64,000 nucleotides of DNA from Eledone cirrhosa (Eukaryota), in the NCBI GenBank assembly GCA_964016885.1, contig OZ024755.1, positions 25,482,001 to 25,546,000 on the forward strand. The letters run 5' to 3'. The notes under the pieces were generated by a model. It worked only from the letters and a program-made list of their open reading frames with translations. It did not search any database and was not told where the DNA came from. Within the stretch, counting starts at the first letter, position 1. Each line of letters opens with the position of its first letter. Shown here in pieces: positions 27,468 through 38,875 of the stretch. Made by a program: the position numbers and the translations under genes.

Positions 27468-27653
27468 CGTAGGTCCCGGGTTGAGTCGGGGATAACCACA
27501 GTAAGTAAGGTACTCAATACATGGCAGAGTAACATTTTTTTATTTTATAGAAGGAGCTTCTACAGGACTAGTACTGTTTCATTCAGATGAAATCTTCAGG
27601 AAGCTCCTGAAGATTTCATCTGAATGAAACAGTACTAGTCCTGTAGAAGCTCC

Positions 27654-27660
<7 letters not shown>
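27468..27660 (-). mobile_element. TA-embedded hammerhead element family A with a head-to-head inverted duplication
   Basis: 55-bp arms 27546-27600 / 27606-27660. The body is the reverse complement of 63187-63325. Confidence 0.85.
27553..27607 (-). ncRNA. type I hammerhead ribozyme (family A, intact core)
   Basis: GGAGCUUC-CUGAAGA-UUUCaucuGAAU-GAA-ACAG-uacuaguc-CUGU-A^GAAGCUCC: 8-bp stem I, 4-bp stem III, GUA site. Confidence 0.8.
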
Positions 27661-27713
<53 letters not shown>

Positions 27714-27717
<4 letters not shown>

Positions 27718-27901
27718 CGAAGGAGTTGTGGTAAGGAACCAGATGGACCATAACGCACTAGAGTACTCAATACTTAGGGTAGTAGAGTCGGTAATAGGAA
27801 AAAGTATGACGCCGACGGTAGGGCTCAAGCCGTTTCAACGGCTATTTCTGGACTGAAATAGCCGTCGAAACGGCTTGAGCTCTACCGTCGGGGTCACACT
27901 T

Positions 27902-27907
<6 letters not shown>
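27714..27907 (-). mobile_element. TA-embedded element family B with palindrome
   Basis: Reverse-complement match to 45962-46156; fold-back around CTATTTC-TGGACT-GAAATAG. Confidence 0.78.
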
Positions 27908-27949
<42 letters not shown>

Positions 27950-27980
27950 TATAAATAAACATGCATACTGTATATGTATA

Positions 27981-28021
<41 letters not shown>

Positions 28022-28197
28022 CGTTTGTTTGTTTACGTTTACCTTTTTGTTTATGTCGCGTAACTTAGCTGCTCGACAAAATTGTATTGATAAACTACAC
28101 ATCAGACTTCATAAAATATAAGTAGTGAGGTCGAAATAATCAACTAAAATCTTTCTAAATAGTGTCCCAACATGGCCGCTGTTTATTACTACTATTT

Positions 28198-28350
28198 TGG
28201 CAGTATTGGTAGAGGGTCGGACGCCATGCTTTGCAGCATAGAGTTACGCCCCTTTATAGTCTGCCTTTCATCCTTACGGGGTCGATAAAATAAAGCTCCA
28301 GTGATGCACTGGGATAATTGCTGGCCTTGTGAAAAAAATAGAAACAATTA
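28198..28350 (+). mobile_element. SINE family 1 with an internal deletion
   Basis: Aligns to 1517-1707 but lacks the B-box segment. Confidence 0.8.
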
Positions 28351-28379
28351 TTTTACGACTTAAGTATGAAACAGACCAC

Positions 28380-28655
28380 TAACTGCAGATTGGTTATTCC
28401 AAGACCTTACCATTATTCTAAGACTGGAGAAACAAACCAGTGACTGAAGACTATGATTCTAAAACTTAACTGCAGAAACAAACCAGTAAATGAAGACACA
28501 TTATTCCAATATATTACCATTGTTTTACGTCTTATCTAGAGTAACAAACTAGTAAGTTAAGATCCACAACCATCCCATTATTCTAAGACTGAACGGTGAA
28601 ACAAACTAGTAAGTGAATACACATTATTCCAAGACCTTACCGTTATTCTAAGACA
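28380..28655. repeat. degenerate tandem repeat
   Basis: Recurrent ATTATTCCAAGACCTTACC, ATTATTCTAAGAC and AAACAAACCAGT blocks. Confidence 0.7.
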
Positions 28656-28840
28656 CCCACATATTTATTTAATTTTCTTCTTAAACTAAATATTTAATCG
28701 TCTTGAAAAACCACAGATGAAATCCTTCCGAAACAGGAGACCAGAATTGAATTAATCAGCTTCTCAACAGCATTATATATACACAGGGACAGACAGACAG
28801 ACAGACAGACACACACAGACACACACACACACACACACAC

Positions 28841-28896
<56 letters not shown>

Positions 28897-29228
28897 GTAC
28901 CTACATTCATACACACATATATGCATAGGTGTCTACACATAAGTCGCAATGCCACCACCATCGCCACCCTCACCACTAACACCACCACCAACACCAACAC
29001 CAAAGACCAAGGAGATATGTTTTAAAATATCAAATTACTGTAAAAAACACGATTGAAAACAATTGCAGTGCAGTAAATAACTCGGCAAAGTTTAATGGAA
29101 GGAAACGGCGGAAAAGGTCAATAGTAGATATATGTGTGTACATGTACATATATATGTGTGTACTTGTATGTGTGTACTTGTGTGCCTGTGTGAGTAAGTA
29201 CATGCATGCACACGTATGTGTATGAGTT

Positions 29229-29278
<50 letters not shown>

Positions 29279-29345
29279 CATATATGCAAGTGGAGTAAGA
29301 ATGCGTGAGCATAGAGTATTTTTTTACTTTTTTACTTCTTCCCCA

Positions 29346-29377
<32 letters not shown>

Positions 29378-29437
29378 CACACATGTATGTATGTATGTAT
29401 GTATGTATGTATGTATGTATGTATGTATATGTATATA

Positions 29438-29473
<36 letters not shown>

Positions 29474-29482
29474 TGTATGTAT

Positions 29483-29528
<46 letters not shown>

Positions 29529-30230
29529 GCTTGTGTAGTTGTTTATTGTGCGCGTGTATTTCAGTGCAAGGTAAGAATAGGGCGCTGTAAGGGAGAAGCT
29601 AGAATATAATAAAATACAATAAACGAGTTAAAACTTGTATAACAATGGTAAACGTTGTGTGTTTTATTGTTTTTAGGTGAAGATAGAGGTGCAGAAAGAT
29701 GAGTGTGAGAATTAAATTTAGAATTAAAATTAGGGTTAGTGTTAGGATTAGGGTTTGTGTTAGTAAAGTTACTGTGAACGATCACCTGGCTGCAATCTAC
29801 TCTTCTTACTTTGCCCTGAACCGCATAAACTACACAACCCACTATGAGATACACCAATGCAGTATATACAAATACATACACATACACACACATTTATACA
29901 CACACATGTATCATATATATTAAAAGTAGCTAAGACGGGGTTTCTTCACCATCATTGCTTTATTGAATGATAAATATTTCTGTTACATGTAACAGAAATA
30001 TCAGTTGCTCATACAATCATAGGGGATATGTCGCTAGTAATGTATTACCATCCTGTTGTGATACCAGTAGTCCTATATATATATTATATATTAGTTTGTG
30101 AAAATTAGGCCTATCGATTCATATATTATGGATCGAATTGTCCTCTGAAACAATTGTAAACAAATAAATATCTTTTAAAGAATTTGGTTGTTTCTTCTCC
30201 TACTATAATATTTTATATATATATATATAG

Positions 30231-30283
<53 letters not shown>

Positions 30284-30284
30284 T

Positions 30285-30531
30285 AGTAATAATAATAAAA
30301 TTGAAGACTAAAATCCAAAGAGGACTCGATAAGGAAAATATATATCAAATATATAAGAACCGAAGAGTTGCCAGCGAACGTTTCCACGAACCAAAGTATC
30401 GTCTTCCTGTCTTTCTCCGGTTGCAACGTTTTTTTGAAATATCCAATTCTGCGTTTACAGATTGACTTTGTTAGTTTCAGAAGATCCCGTTAAGGGTGAA
30501 AGCAGCGATTCTTTGCTTAAACTTTAATCTG

Positions 30532-30540
<9 letters not shown>
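30285..30540. mobile_element. TA-embedded element family D with a hammerhead-like motif
   Basis: AGTTT-CAGAAGA-TCCCgttaaGGGT-GAA-AGCA...TGCT-T-AAACT at ~30473-30525. Homologous to 56061-56250. Confidence 0.65.
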
Positions 30541-30569
<29 letters not shown>

Positions 30570-30629
30570 ATAATAATTACGGAGACCAAAATCCGCTATT
30601 TGTCTCTAATATTAGACATCTCAATGAGA

Positions 30630-30812
30630 TAATTGCTTCTACTTTAGGCACAAGGCCAGCAATTACCCAGTACATTACTGGTGCTTTATTTTATCGACCC
30701 CGTAAGGATGAAAGGCAAAGTTAACCTCGGCGGGATTTGAACTCAGAATGGCAAGGGCCGTAACTGTATGCGTCAAAGCATGGCGTCCGACCCTCTATCG
30801 ATACTGCCAATT
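30630..30812 (-). mobile_element. SINE family 1
   Basis: Reverse complement of 1517-1707. Confidence 0.88.
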
Positions 30813-30984
30813 CAAATAAAATAAGACCAAATAAAATAAGACAGTTTTACCAAGGTTTCTGGAATTAAGAAACAATAACAATTATTTCAATACATTAAAA
30901 CAACGAATATTAGAAAAATTTATTCCGTCTTCAGGGTGAAATTATTTGGAAGTAGAGAATATAGTAAATAGATAGTGAACAGAT

Positions 30985-31172
30985 AATTGTTTCTACTTTA
31001 GGCACAAGGCCAGCAATTACCCAGTGCATTACTGGTACTTTATTTTATCGACCCCGTAAGGATGAAAGGCAAAGTCAACCTCGGCGGGATTTGAACTCAG
31101 ATCGTAAAGGGACGTAACTATGCTGGAAAGCATGGCGTCCGACCCTCTACCGATACTGCCAATCCACCGCCC
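30985..31172 (-). mobile_element. young SINE family 1 copy with target-site duplication
   Basis: Nearly identical to 1517-1707; TAGTGAACAGATA on both sides (30973, 31175). Confidence 0.92.
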
Positions 31173-31515
31173 ATTAGTGAACAGATAGTGAACAGATAAT
31201 GTCGTTGCCGAGACTGCATGGTGTCCAACAATTTGTGTCATTGGATTATTATATGAATATCTCTCTCTATATATATAGGAAAATACGATAGCGATTTTGG
31301 ACTAAGCTTAATATGTTTATATGAACATACACACATACACACGGACACACCTAGTATATATAACTACACATACACGTGCTTACATACACTTACATATACA
31401 TGTACACACATACATGATTATTTACAAATATATATATGTGTGTGTGTGTGTGTGTATGTATGTGTGTGAGTGTGTGTGTGTGGGTAAACATACTAAGCTT
31501 AGGCCAAAAGACAAA

Positions 31516-31750
<235 letters not shown>

Positions 31751-32404
31751 CTGTAAATAATCCTATATGTGTGAACATGTTCGCCGCTTTCTTTACGTGT
31801 ATGTTTAAGTGTATGTAAGTACGTGTGTGTGTAGTTATGTATGCTAGGTTTTGGATATGCTAGGTGTATGTATATATGTGCGTCTATATCAGTTCATGTG
31901 TATATGCGAGTGTGAATTGTGCGCATGAGTGTATATGTCTGTGTGTATAGATATGTGTACGTGTGTGAGAGCGTGTGTGTGCGTGTATATGATAAAATGG
32001 CTGACAACAACCAGATTAATACAAAGATTAACCGTTTCAAACAAACAGAACGCAGCCATGACAGTTTTCACATGCAGCCTCGAGAAAACGGGAGCACTGG
32101 AAATAAACAAACACTCTTATTACAGTATACACTCACACATACACAAATACACACACATATATATATATATATACATATATATATAGAGTGAGAGAGATTT
32201 ACATACATTAACATACCCGCACATGTAGATAACCACATATATATACATTCATCAGTGTATGTGTGTGTGCGTGATCAGTATAACACGGCTATAGAGAAAA
32301 TCTGTATAAATACATATATACACATACACACATATATATGAGTATATATACATATATATATATATATATATACAAAAACTTACGTACATACATACATACA
32401 TACA

Positions 32405-32440
<36 letters not shown>

Positions 32441-32624
32441 TATATACATACATATATGTGTATGTGTGTGCTTGTGTGTGTTAAGAGAGAGAGACAAAGA
32501 GAGAGAACATGAATTCCCAAAAGTACCTACATGGAAAAACAAATACAAACTCTTACATATTTTTTCCACCTCTCAACTCGACAAAACAACCCCCCCCCCT
32601 CACTTTATCTCTCTCTCTCTCTCT

Positions 32625-32702
<78 letters not shown>

Positions 32703-32833
32703 CTCTCTATTTCTCTCACACACACACAAACAGACTGACACCCATACTCTTCTCCGCTCGCACAAACACATACACACCCTATATCACTTCCTCTCTCTCT
32801 CTCTCTCGTACACACACATACATATCATAACAC

Positions 32834-32874
<41 letters not shown>

Positions 32875-33039
32875 CGCTCAAATATAAAATTGTGTGCGTG
32901 TGTGTAGGAGTGATAATTGTACGGTATTTAAGTAAGGAAGTTAGTACTTAATACCTGTGGCTACTTCCGCTTTAAGGATTTAAGACTTCACATCTTTACT
33001 ACTCAGATCTGGCTAACACAACAAACTCTTACATGCTAA

Positions 33040-33880
33040 CTGAGCCTTCAGATTACAGGAGGCAGACCAAGGAAACAAGGTTCTATTTGATATTATCTAC
33101 TGATACTATCTGTCTCTCACAACACCTGGCAAAATTGTGGAGTTAATTGTCAGATCAAACCAAGAAACAATATTTCCATTGGTCGTAAGGATGAAAGGCA
33201 AAGTTAACCTCGTCGGGATTTGAACTCGGCCCTTGCCATTCTGAGTTCAAATTCCGCCGAGATTAACTTTTGCCTTTCGTCCTTACGGGGTCGATAAAAT
33301 AAAGTACCAGTAATACACTGGGATAATTGCTGGCCTTGTGCCAAAAGTAGAAACAAATATTTCCATTGGTCTTTTCATGGCTGATACTGTCCGTTGGTCA
33401 CAGCTACTGGCAGAAGAAATGAGTTGATCATCAGATCAGACCAAAGAAACAATATTTCCATTGGTCTTTCATTTGCTGATATTGTCTGCAAGCCACAGCT
33501 CCTGGCAGAAGAAAGGAGCTGATTGTTAGATCAGCCCAAGGAAACAGTGTTTCTATTGGTCTTTTCATGGATAATACTGTCCGTTGGTCACAGCTACTGG
33601 CAAAAGAAAGGCTCTCATCCTCAGATCAAACCAAGAAACCAATGTTTCTATTGGTATTTCCATTGCTGATACTGTCTGTCTGCCACAACTACTGGCAGAA
33701 GAAATGAGTTGATCATCAGATCAGAGCAAGGAAACAATGTTTCTATTGGTTTTTCCTTTGCTAATACTGTCTGCCAGTCACAACTACTGGCAGAAGAAAG
33801 AAGCTGATTGTCAGATCAGCCCAAGGAAACTGTTTCCATTGGTCTTTCCATTGCTGATACTGTCTGTCAGTCACAGCTCT
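33040..33880 (-). repeat. ~95-bp diverged tandem array, same family as 6531-7345
   Basis: CAA(G/A)GAAAC-like blocks recur at ~33441, 33536, 33631, 33726 and 33821. The reverse complement matches the 92-bp unit. Confidence 0.88.
33185..33355 (+). mobile_element. SINE family 1 insertion with a 5' inverted segment and a 16-bp TSD
   Basis: AATATTTCCATTGGTC at 33169-33184 and 33356-33371; 33185-33227 inverted, 33228-33355 forward. Confidence 0.85.
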
Positions 33881-34544
33881 TCGCTAAAGGAGGTGGGATT
33901 TGAACTCGGAGTGTAGAGAGGGAACGTTATGTTACTGACGTCATAATCGTGTTATTAAAACAAACATATTTTACTATACACTAGTCATATCATCTTCTGC
34001 CAACTGTGGCTAGGAGGAAAATAGATTTTTAACAATGAATACACACACAGACAACACACACAACACACATATACACTCATACACACACACACGCACATAT
34101 GTATACATGCATGTGTATATATACACATACAAACATATCTATGTATACTAAATGTTTTGTGTACATCTAGGTTTGCGTGAATGTGTATGAATGTGTATGC
34201 GTGAATATGTGTGTGTCTATGTGTGTGTCTATGTGCGCGTATGTATGTGTGTATCTGTGTATATATGAGTGTGTATATGTGTGTGGACATGTATGAGTGT
34301 GTATATGAGCATATATGTGTATTTGTATGTGGCTATGTGTGCGTATTTGAGTGTATGTGCGTATGTATATGTATCTGTGTATCTCTGTATGTGTGTGTGT
34401 GTATCTGTGAGTGAGTATGTGTGTGTGGGGGGTTGGGTGGAGTTGTAAGCGTATGAGTGTGTATATGTGCTTATGTGTGTATCTGTATATGCGTATGTAT
34501 GTGTGTTATCTGTGTATGTGTGTGTATCTGTGTATCACTGTGTG

Positions 34545-34594
<50 letters not shown>

Positions 34595-35053
34595 GGGTGA
34601 TATTTTACGTAAGCTACTTTTACCGGGCGTTGCCTGGGAAATACCTTTTGCTAGTTACTATATTCGTTAGATTTTCTCCCCACGTCGCCATTTATTTTCA
34701 GCAGCTTTAACAGATTATTTCTTCCTAGAGAACAGAGATGGCCGACTTGATAGGCTACTGCCTACCAGCTCGACCATTCAGCACTTGGCAACCATTCACT
34801 TTTACGCTGTTCAACGTAAAGGCTTATTTGTTAGGGTGTTTGACTTCAGATCATAGAACCGTGGGATCAATTCCTACATCAGGCTGGAGCGTTCAGTTTT
34901 AAGTAAGAATTTTCATTTCCTGCTAACCCACCCCCACACACACACACACGCGCGCAGACTTGAGTAGCAGCAGCAGCTACTATTGAGTCTTCCAATGACT
35001 GGCCTCCGCTCAAGGTGTTAATCATGGAGACACACACACACAGACACACACAG

Positions 35054-35119
<66 letters not shown>

Positions 35120-35385
35120 CAGGTCCAGCCTCCTGTCATTTTATTATATATATATATATATATATATAAAACATGAGAAGAATGAATACTGCGTGCTTGC
35201 AGGTGGATTACATATGATAAAAATAGTCCTTCATCAGTGATTTTCCAACCTTCATTGGTATTTCATCGCTCTAAAAATCATATACCTCCAGTTGGTGCGA
35301 GCAATAGCTAAATAAAGCTATTGGGACAAGTAAATCGCGTAAAGCGAGCGAGACAAGTAAACAAACATAGAAGAATATATAATTT

Positions 35386-35423
<38 letters not shown>

Positions 35424-35468
35424 AAATGACAGGAGGCTGGACCTGTGCAAATCCCTGAAAGGTTCATT

Positions 35469-35526
35469 ATACTATGATCATTTCAATGACCGGGTTCCGT
35501 ATGAATCCGGTGATATCATCAGGTAT
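35469..35526 (-). ncRNA. type I hammerhead ribozyme (family E)
   Basis: AUAC-CUGAUGA-uaucACCGGauucauacggaacCCGGUcauu-GAAA-UGAUCA-UA^GUAU: 4-bp stem I, long stem II, palindromic short stem III. Confidence 0.72.
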
Positions 35527-35609
35527 TGGAAATACAATAAATGATTGTAATAGGTAAAATCCATGGGGGTGGAAATCAAAGATATGTGTGTATATATAGG
35601 TGTGTATAT

Positions 35610-35724
35610 AAGTTTATCCCGGGTCCAATCGGGGTTAACCACAGTAAGTAAGTATAAATATTTAATAATAGAAATGGCTTCTACATGACTAGAGCTGTTT
35701 CATTCGGGAGAAATCATCAGGAAG
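35610..35724 (-). mobile_element. hammerhead element family A
   Basis: CUUC-CUGAUGA-UUUCucccGAAU-GAAACAG...AUGUA^GAAG at 35678-35724. Confidence 0.78.
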
Positions 35725-35735
35725 ATATGTGTGTA

Positions 35736-35779
<44 letters not shown>

Positions 35780-35782
35780 TAT

Positions 35783-35861
<79 letters not shown>

Positions 35862-35864
<3 letters not shown>

Positions 35865-36247
35865 TTCTTTATTAGCCACAGGGCACAAAAGAAGGGGACA
35901 AATACAAAGGGGGAAGTTTATATACAATAAAAACGTGTAAAATGTTATCACAGATGGAATTTAAAAGTTAGTCGATTTTCCCCAATAGAGGGAGACAGTT
36001 TATATGGGTAACACATACCCCCGAAAAAAAATGTGCAACCCTCATCTCCAGGAGTACGAAGAGCTTGTACTCCTTTCCTCTCCTCCTCCTTTTCCTCAAC
36101 CTACAGGCTGATATAGAGAGAAGGCCCATTCACTCGGGCCATTCTCGCCACTTTCACCCACCTTTCATAAAACTTGCTGGGGTACAGCACCTCTCTCTCC
36201 ATCCTGATTCTTCTTCCAAAGTGGTATTTGAAAAAAAAGAATCAGTT
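35862..36247 (-). mobile_element. 5'-truncated Tx1-type copy (ORF2 C-terminus + 3'UTR) inside (GATA)n
   Basis: Encodes FFKYHFGRRIRMEREVL...FYERWVKVARMARVNGPSLYISL*, homologous to the ORF2 end at 38876. GATA tracts at 35786-35861 and 36248-36287. Confidence 0.9.
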
Positions 36248-36289
<42 letters not shown>

Positions 36290-36589
36290 GAGAGAGAAAG
36301 AGAGACATAGTGAGAGAGGGAGCGGGGACTGGAGACATACAGACAGATTGGAAGAGAGATAGAGTGAAAGAAATGGGAAGTGGAACTGGCAAAAATCTGT
36401 TAAGAAAAAAAACAATTAAAATAAATCAGGTTGACTGTAATTATCTAGAAATAATTAACTAAAGTGTTTAATTAAAAACCCGATCAAGAAACCATTATAT
36501 TCTCCATTAAAGAACATTATAACCATTCGTGTGGAAGTCGCTGTTGACATTATACCTATCTCTCTGAAGGAATTAAAAGTGTGGAGAAT

Positions 36590-36636
36590 AGATATGTGTG
36601 TGTGTTGGTGTGTATATATACAACACATACACACAC

Positions 36637-36695
<59 letters not shown>

Positions 36696-36705
36696 TATAT
36701 GTATG

Positions 36706-36739
<34 letters not shown>

Positions 36740-36832
36740 TGTATGTATATATATATATATGTATGTATATATATATATGTATGTATATATATATATGTAT
36801 GTATATATATATGTATGTATATATATATGTAT

Positions 36833-36884
<52 letters not shown>

Positions 36885-36901
36885 GTATGTATATATGTAT
36901 G

Positions 36902-36960
<59 letters not shown>

Positions 36961-37031
36961 ATATATATATATATGTGTATGTGTGTATATATATACACTT
37001 GTGTGTATATATATATATATATACACCTTTC

Positions 37032-37128
<97 letters not shown>

Positions 37129-37196
37129 ACGATTTATATATGGAATGAGTGGGAAACAGCGATCCTAGACAAATCTAATTCTCTGGCTCACTATAA

Positions 37197-37275
<79 letters not shown>
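36590..37275. repeat. compound (TA)n/(TATG)n microsatellite
   Basis: Seen directly. Confidence 0.97.
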
Positions 37276-37278
<3 letters not shown>

Positions 37279-37352
37279 CCAACGCACACTATGATGTACT
37301 TTTAATCCTTACTAAAAGATTGAGATCGCTTACTTTCACACACACTCTGATA

Positions 37353-37538
37353 TATATAGAAGAGCTTGTACATGACTAGAACTGTTTCATTCGTGAGAAA
37401 TCATCAGGATTGATGATTTCTCTCGAATGAAACAGTTCTAGTCCTGTAGAAGCTCTTCTATATTAAAACTTTTATACTCTGCTGTGTATTGAGTACCTTA
37501 CTTACTGTGGTTACCTCCGATTCAACCCGGAATAACTT
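37353..37538 (+). mobile_element. hammerhead element family A with a head-to-head inverted duplication
   Basis: ...GAAATCATCAG-GA-TTGATGATTTC...GAAACAGTTCTAGTCCTGTAGAAGCTC. Confidence 0.8.
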
Positions 37539-37559
37539 ATATATATATCTAAGTCTAAA

Positions 37560-37800
37560 GTCTGTCTTAAGCCAGAAGGCTCATTTGGCCGGTGCTTATC
37601 CCGGTTTCATGGTGTGAAGCGACTGAGAGTACAAGACCCCCCTCCCCTGGACAGGACGCCAGTCCATCGCAGGGTTAAACCTCCAGCTATTGCTTATACT
37701 CATTTTCAGCTGAGTATACTGGAGCAACGTGAAATGAAGTGTTTTGCTCAAGAACACAACACGCAGCCCAGGAATCGAACCCACGACATTAGGATCGTAT
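37560..37800 (-). mobile_element. tRNA/CORE-like SINE (second copy at 38335-38560)
   Basis: Minus strand has a GGGTTCGATTCC B-box, GTTCTTGAGCAAAACACTTCATTTCACGTTGCTCCAG, and a tail shared by both copies. Confidence 0.82.
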
Positions 37801-37811
37801 GATACTTATAT

Positions 37812-37950
37812 ATATCACCTTGATCACCTTGACCGACCAGTCTGTCGGGCGTCCATTCGGCGCCGCTGGTCACAGCACGCCGTCCATTCCTCTCTGGATC
37901 GTGCTTTCCTCATCCATATAGTCCCAATCGTATTCTTAAGATCGTAACTT
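37812..37950 (-). mobile_element. LINE (RTE-like) extreme 3' end with (TCAAGGTGA)2 tail, in (TA)n
   Basis: Minus strand reads ...IWMRKARSREEWTACCDQRRRMDA...; tandem tail repeat. Confidence 0.6.
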
Positions 37951-38029
37951 ATATATATATATATATATATCAGAGTGTTGTAGTTTGCTTGACGAATTGT
38001 TGATTAGGAAATATATATTCAAATAATTT

Positions 38030-38311
38030 TAAAACCATACAATGCATTAGAAAATTAAAGGTGCCAAGATAACGTAGGATCTTACCTCAGCAAATTTAAT
38101 TATCCCAAATATTTTCGAGTTTAAAACCCATTATCAAGGGAGTCTTCCTAACAACAACTCATCTCCGACCGATCTTTTAATACCTTCACAAGGATACTCC
38201 CTCGATAATGGGCTTTTAAACCAGAAAATATGTGGGATAATAAAATTTGTTATGTTAAGATTCTATCGTTATCTTGGCACCTTTCATTTTCTAATGCATT
38301 GCATGGTTTTA
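38030..38311. repeat. imperfect inverted repeat, ~115-bp arms
   Basis: AAAACCATACAATGCATTAG...AGGGAGT versus ACTCCCT...CTAATGCATTGCATGGTTTT. Confidence 0.82.
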
Positions 38312-38606
38312 TATATATATAGCTAAATTTTGTCTCAAGCCAGAAGGCTCGTCAGGCCGGTGCTTATTCCAGTTTCGTGGCGTGAAGCGACTGACAGTAC
38401 AAGACCCCCACCCCTGGACAGGGTGCCAGTTCTTTACAGGTTAAATCCCCCGCTGTTGCTGATACTCATTTTCAGCAGAGTATACTGGAGCAACGAGAAA
38501 TGAAATGCTTTGTTCAACACACAACCCAGGCCGGGAATCGAACCCACAACATTATCATCTTACTTTCAACACTCTTACCTCCATATATGCATATATAAAT
38601 ATACAG

Positions 38607-38644
<38 letters not shown>

Positions 38645-38875
38645 ATTTCTATTTATTTGCCACGAGGGCACAAAAGAAGGGGACATTTACACAGTGGGGG
38701 AGTTTACATAAATCGAGTAAAGAAAAAAGGAATAACAATAATAATATAACAATAAAAAGTCCTCAAAAGGGAGGGGGCGTGTTGGGGATTGCACATACCC
38801 CCGAAAAGTGTGCAACTCTTTTCGCGGGGGAAGCCCAGAGAGGAGGCGCTCCCCCTTTCCTCTTCACTTCTTCAC

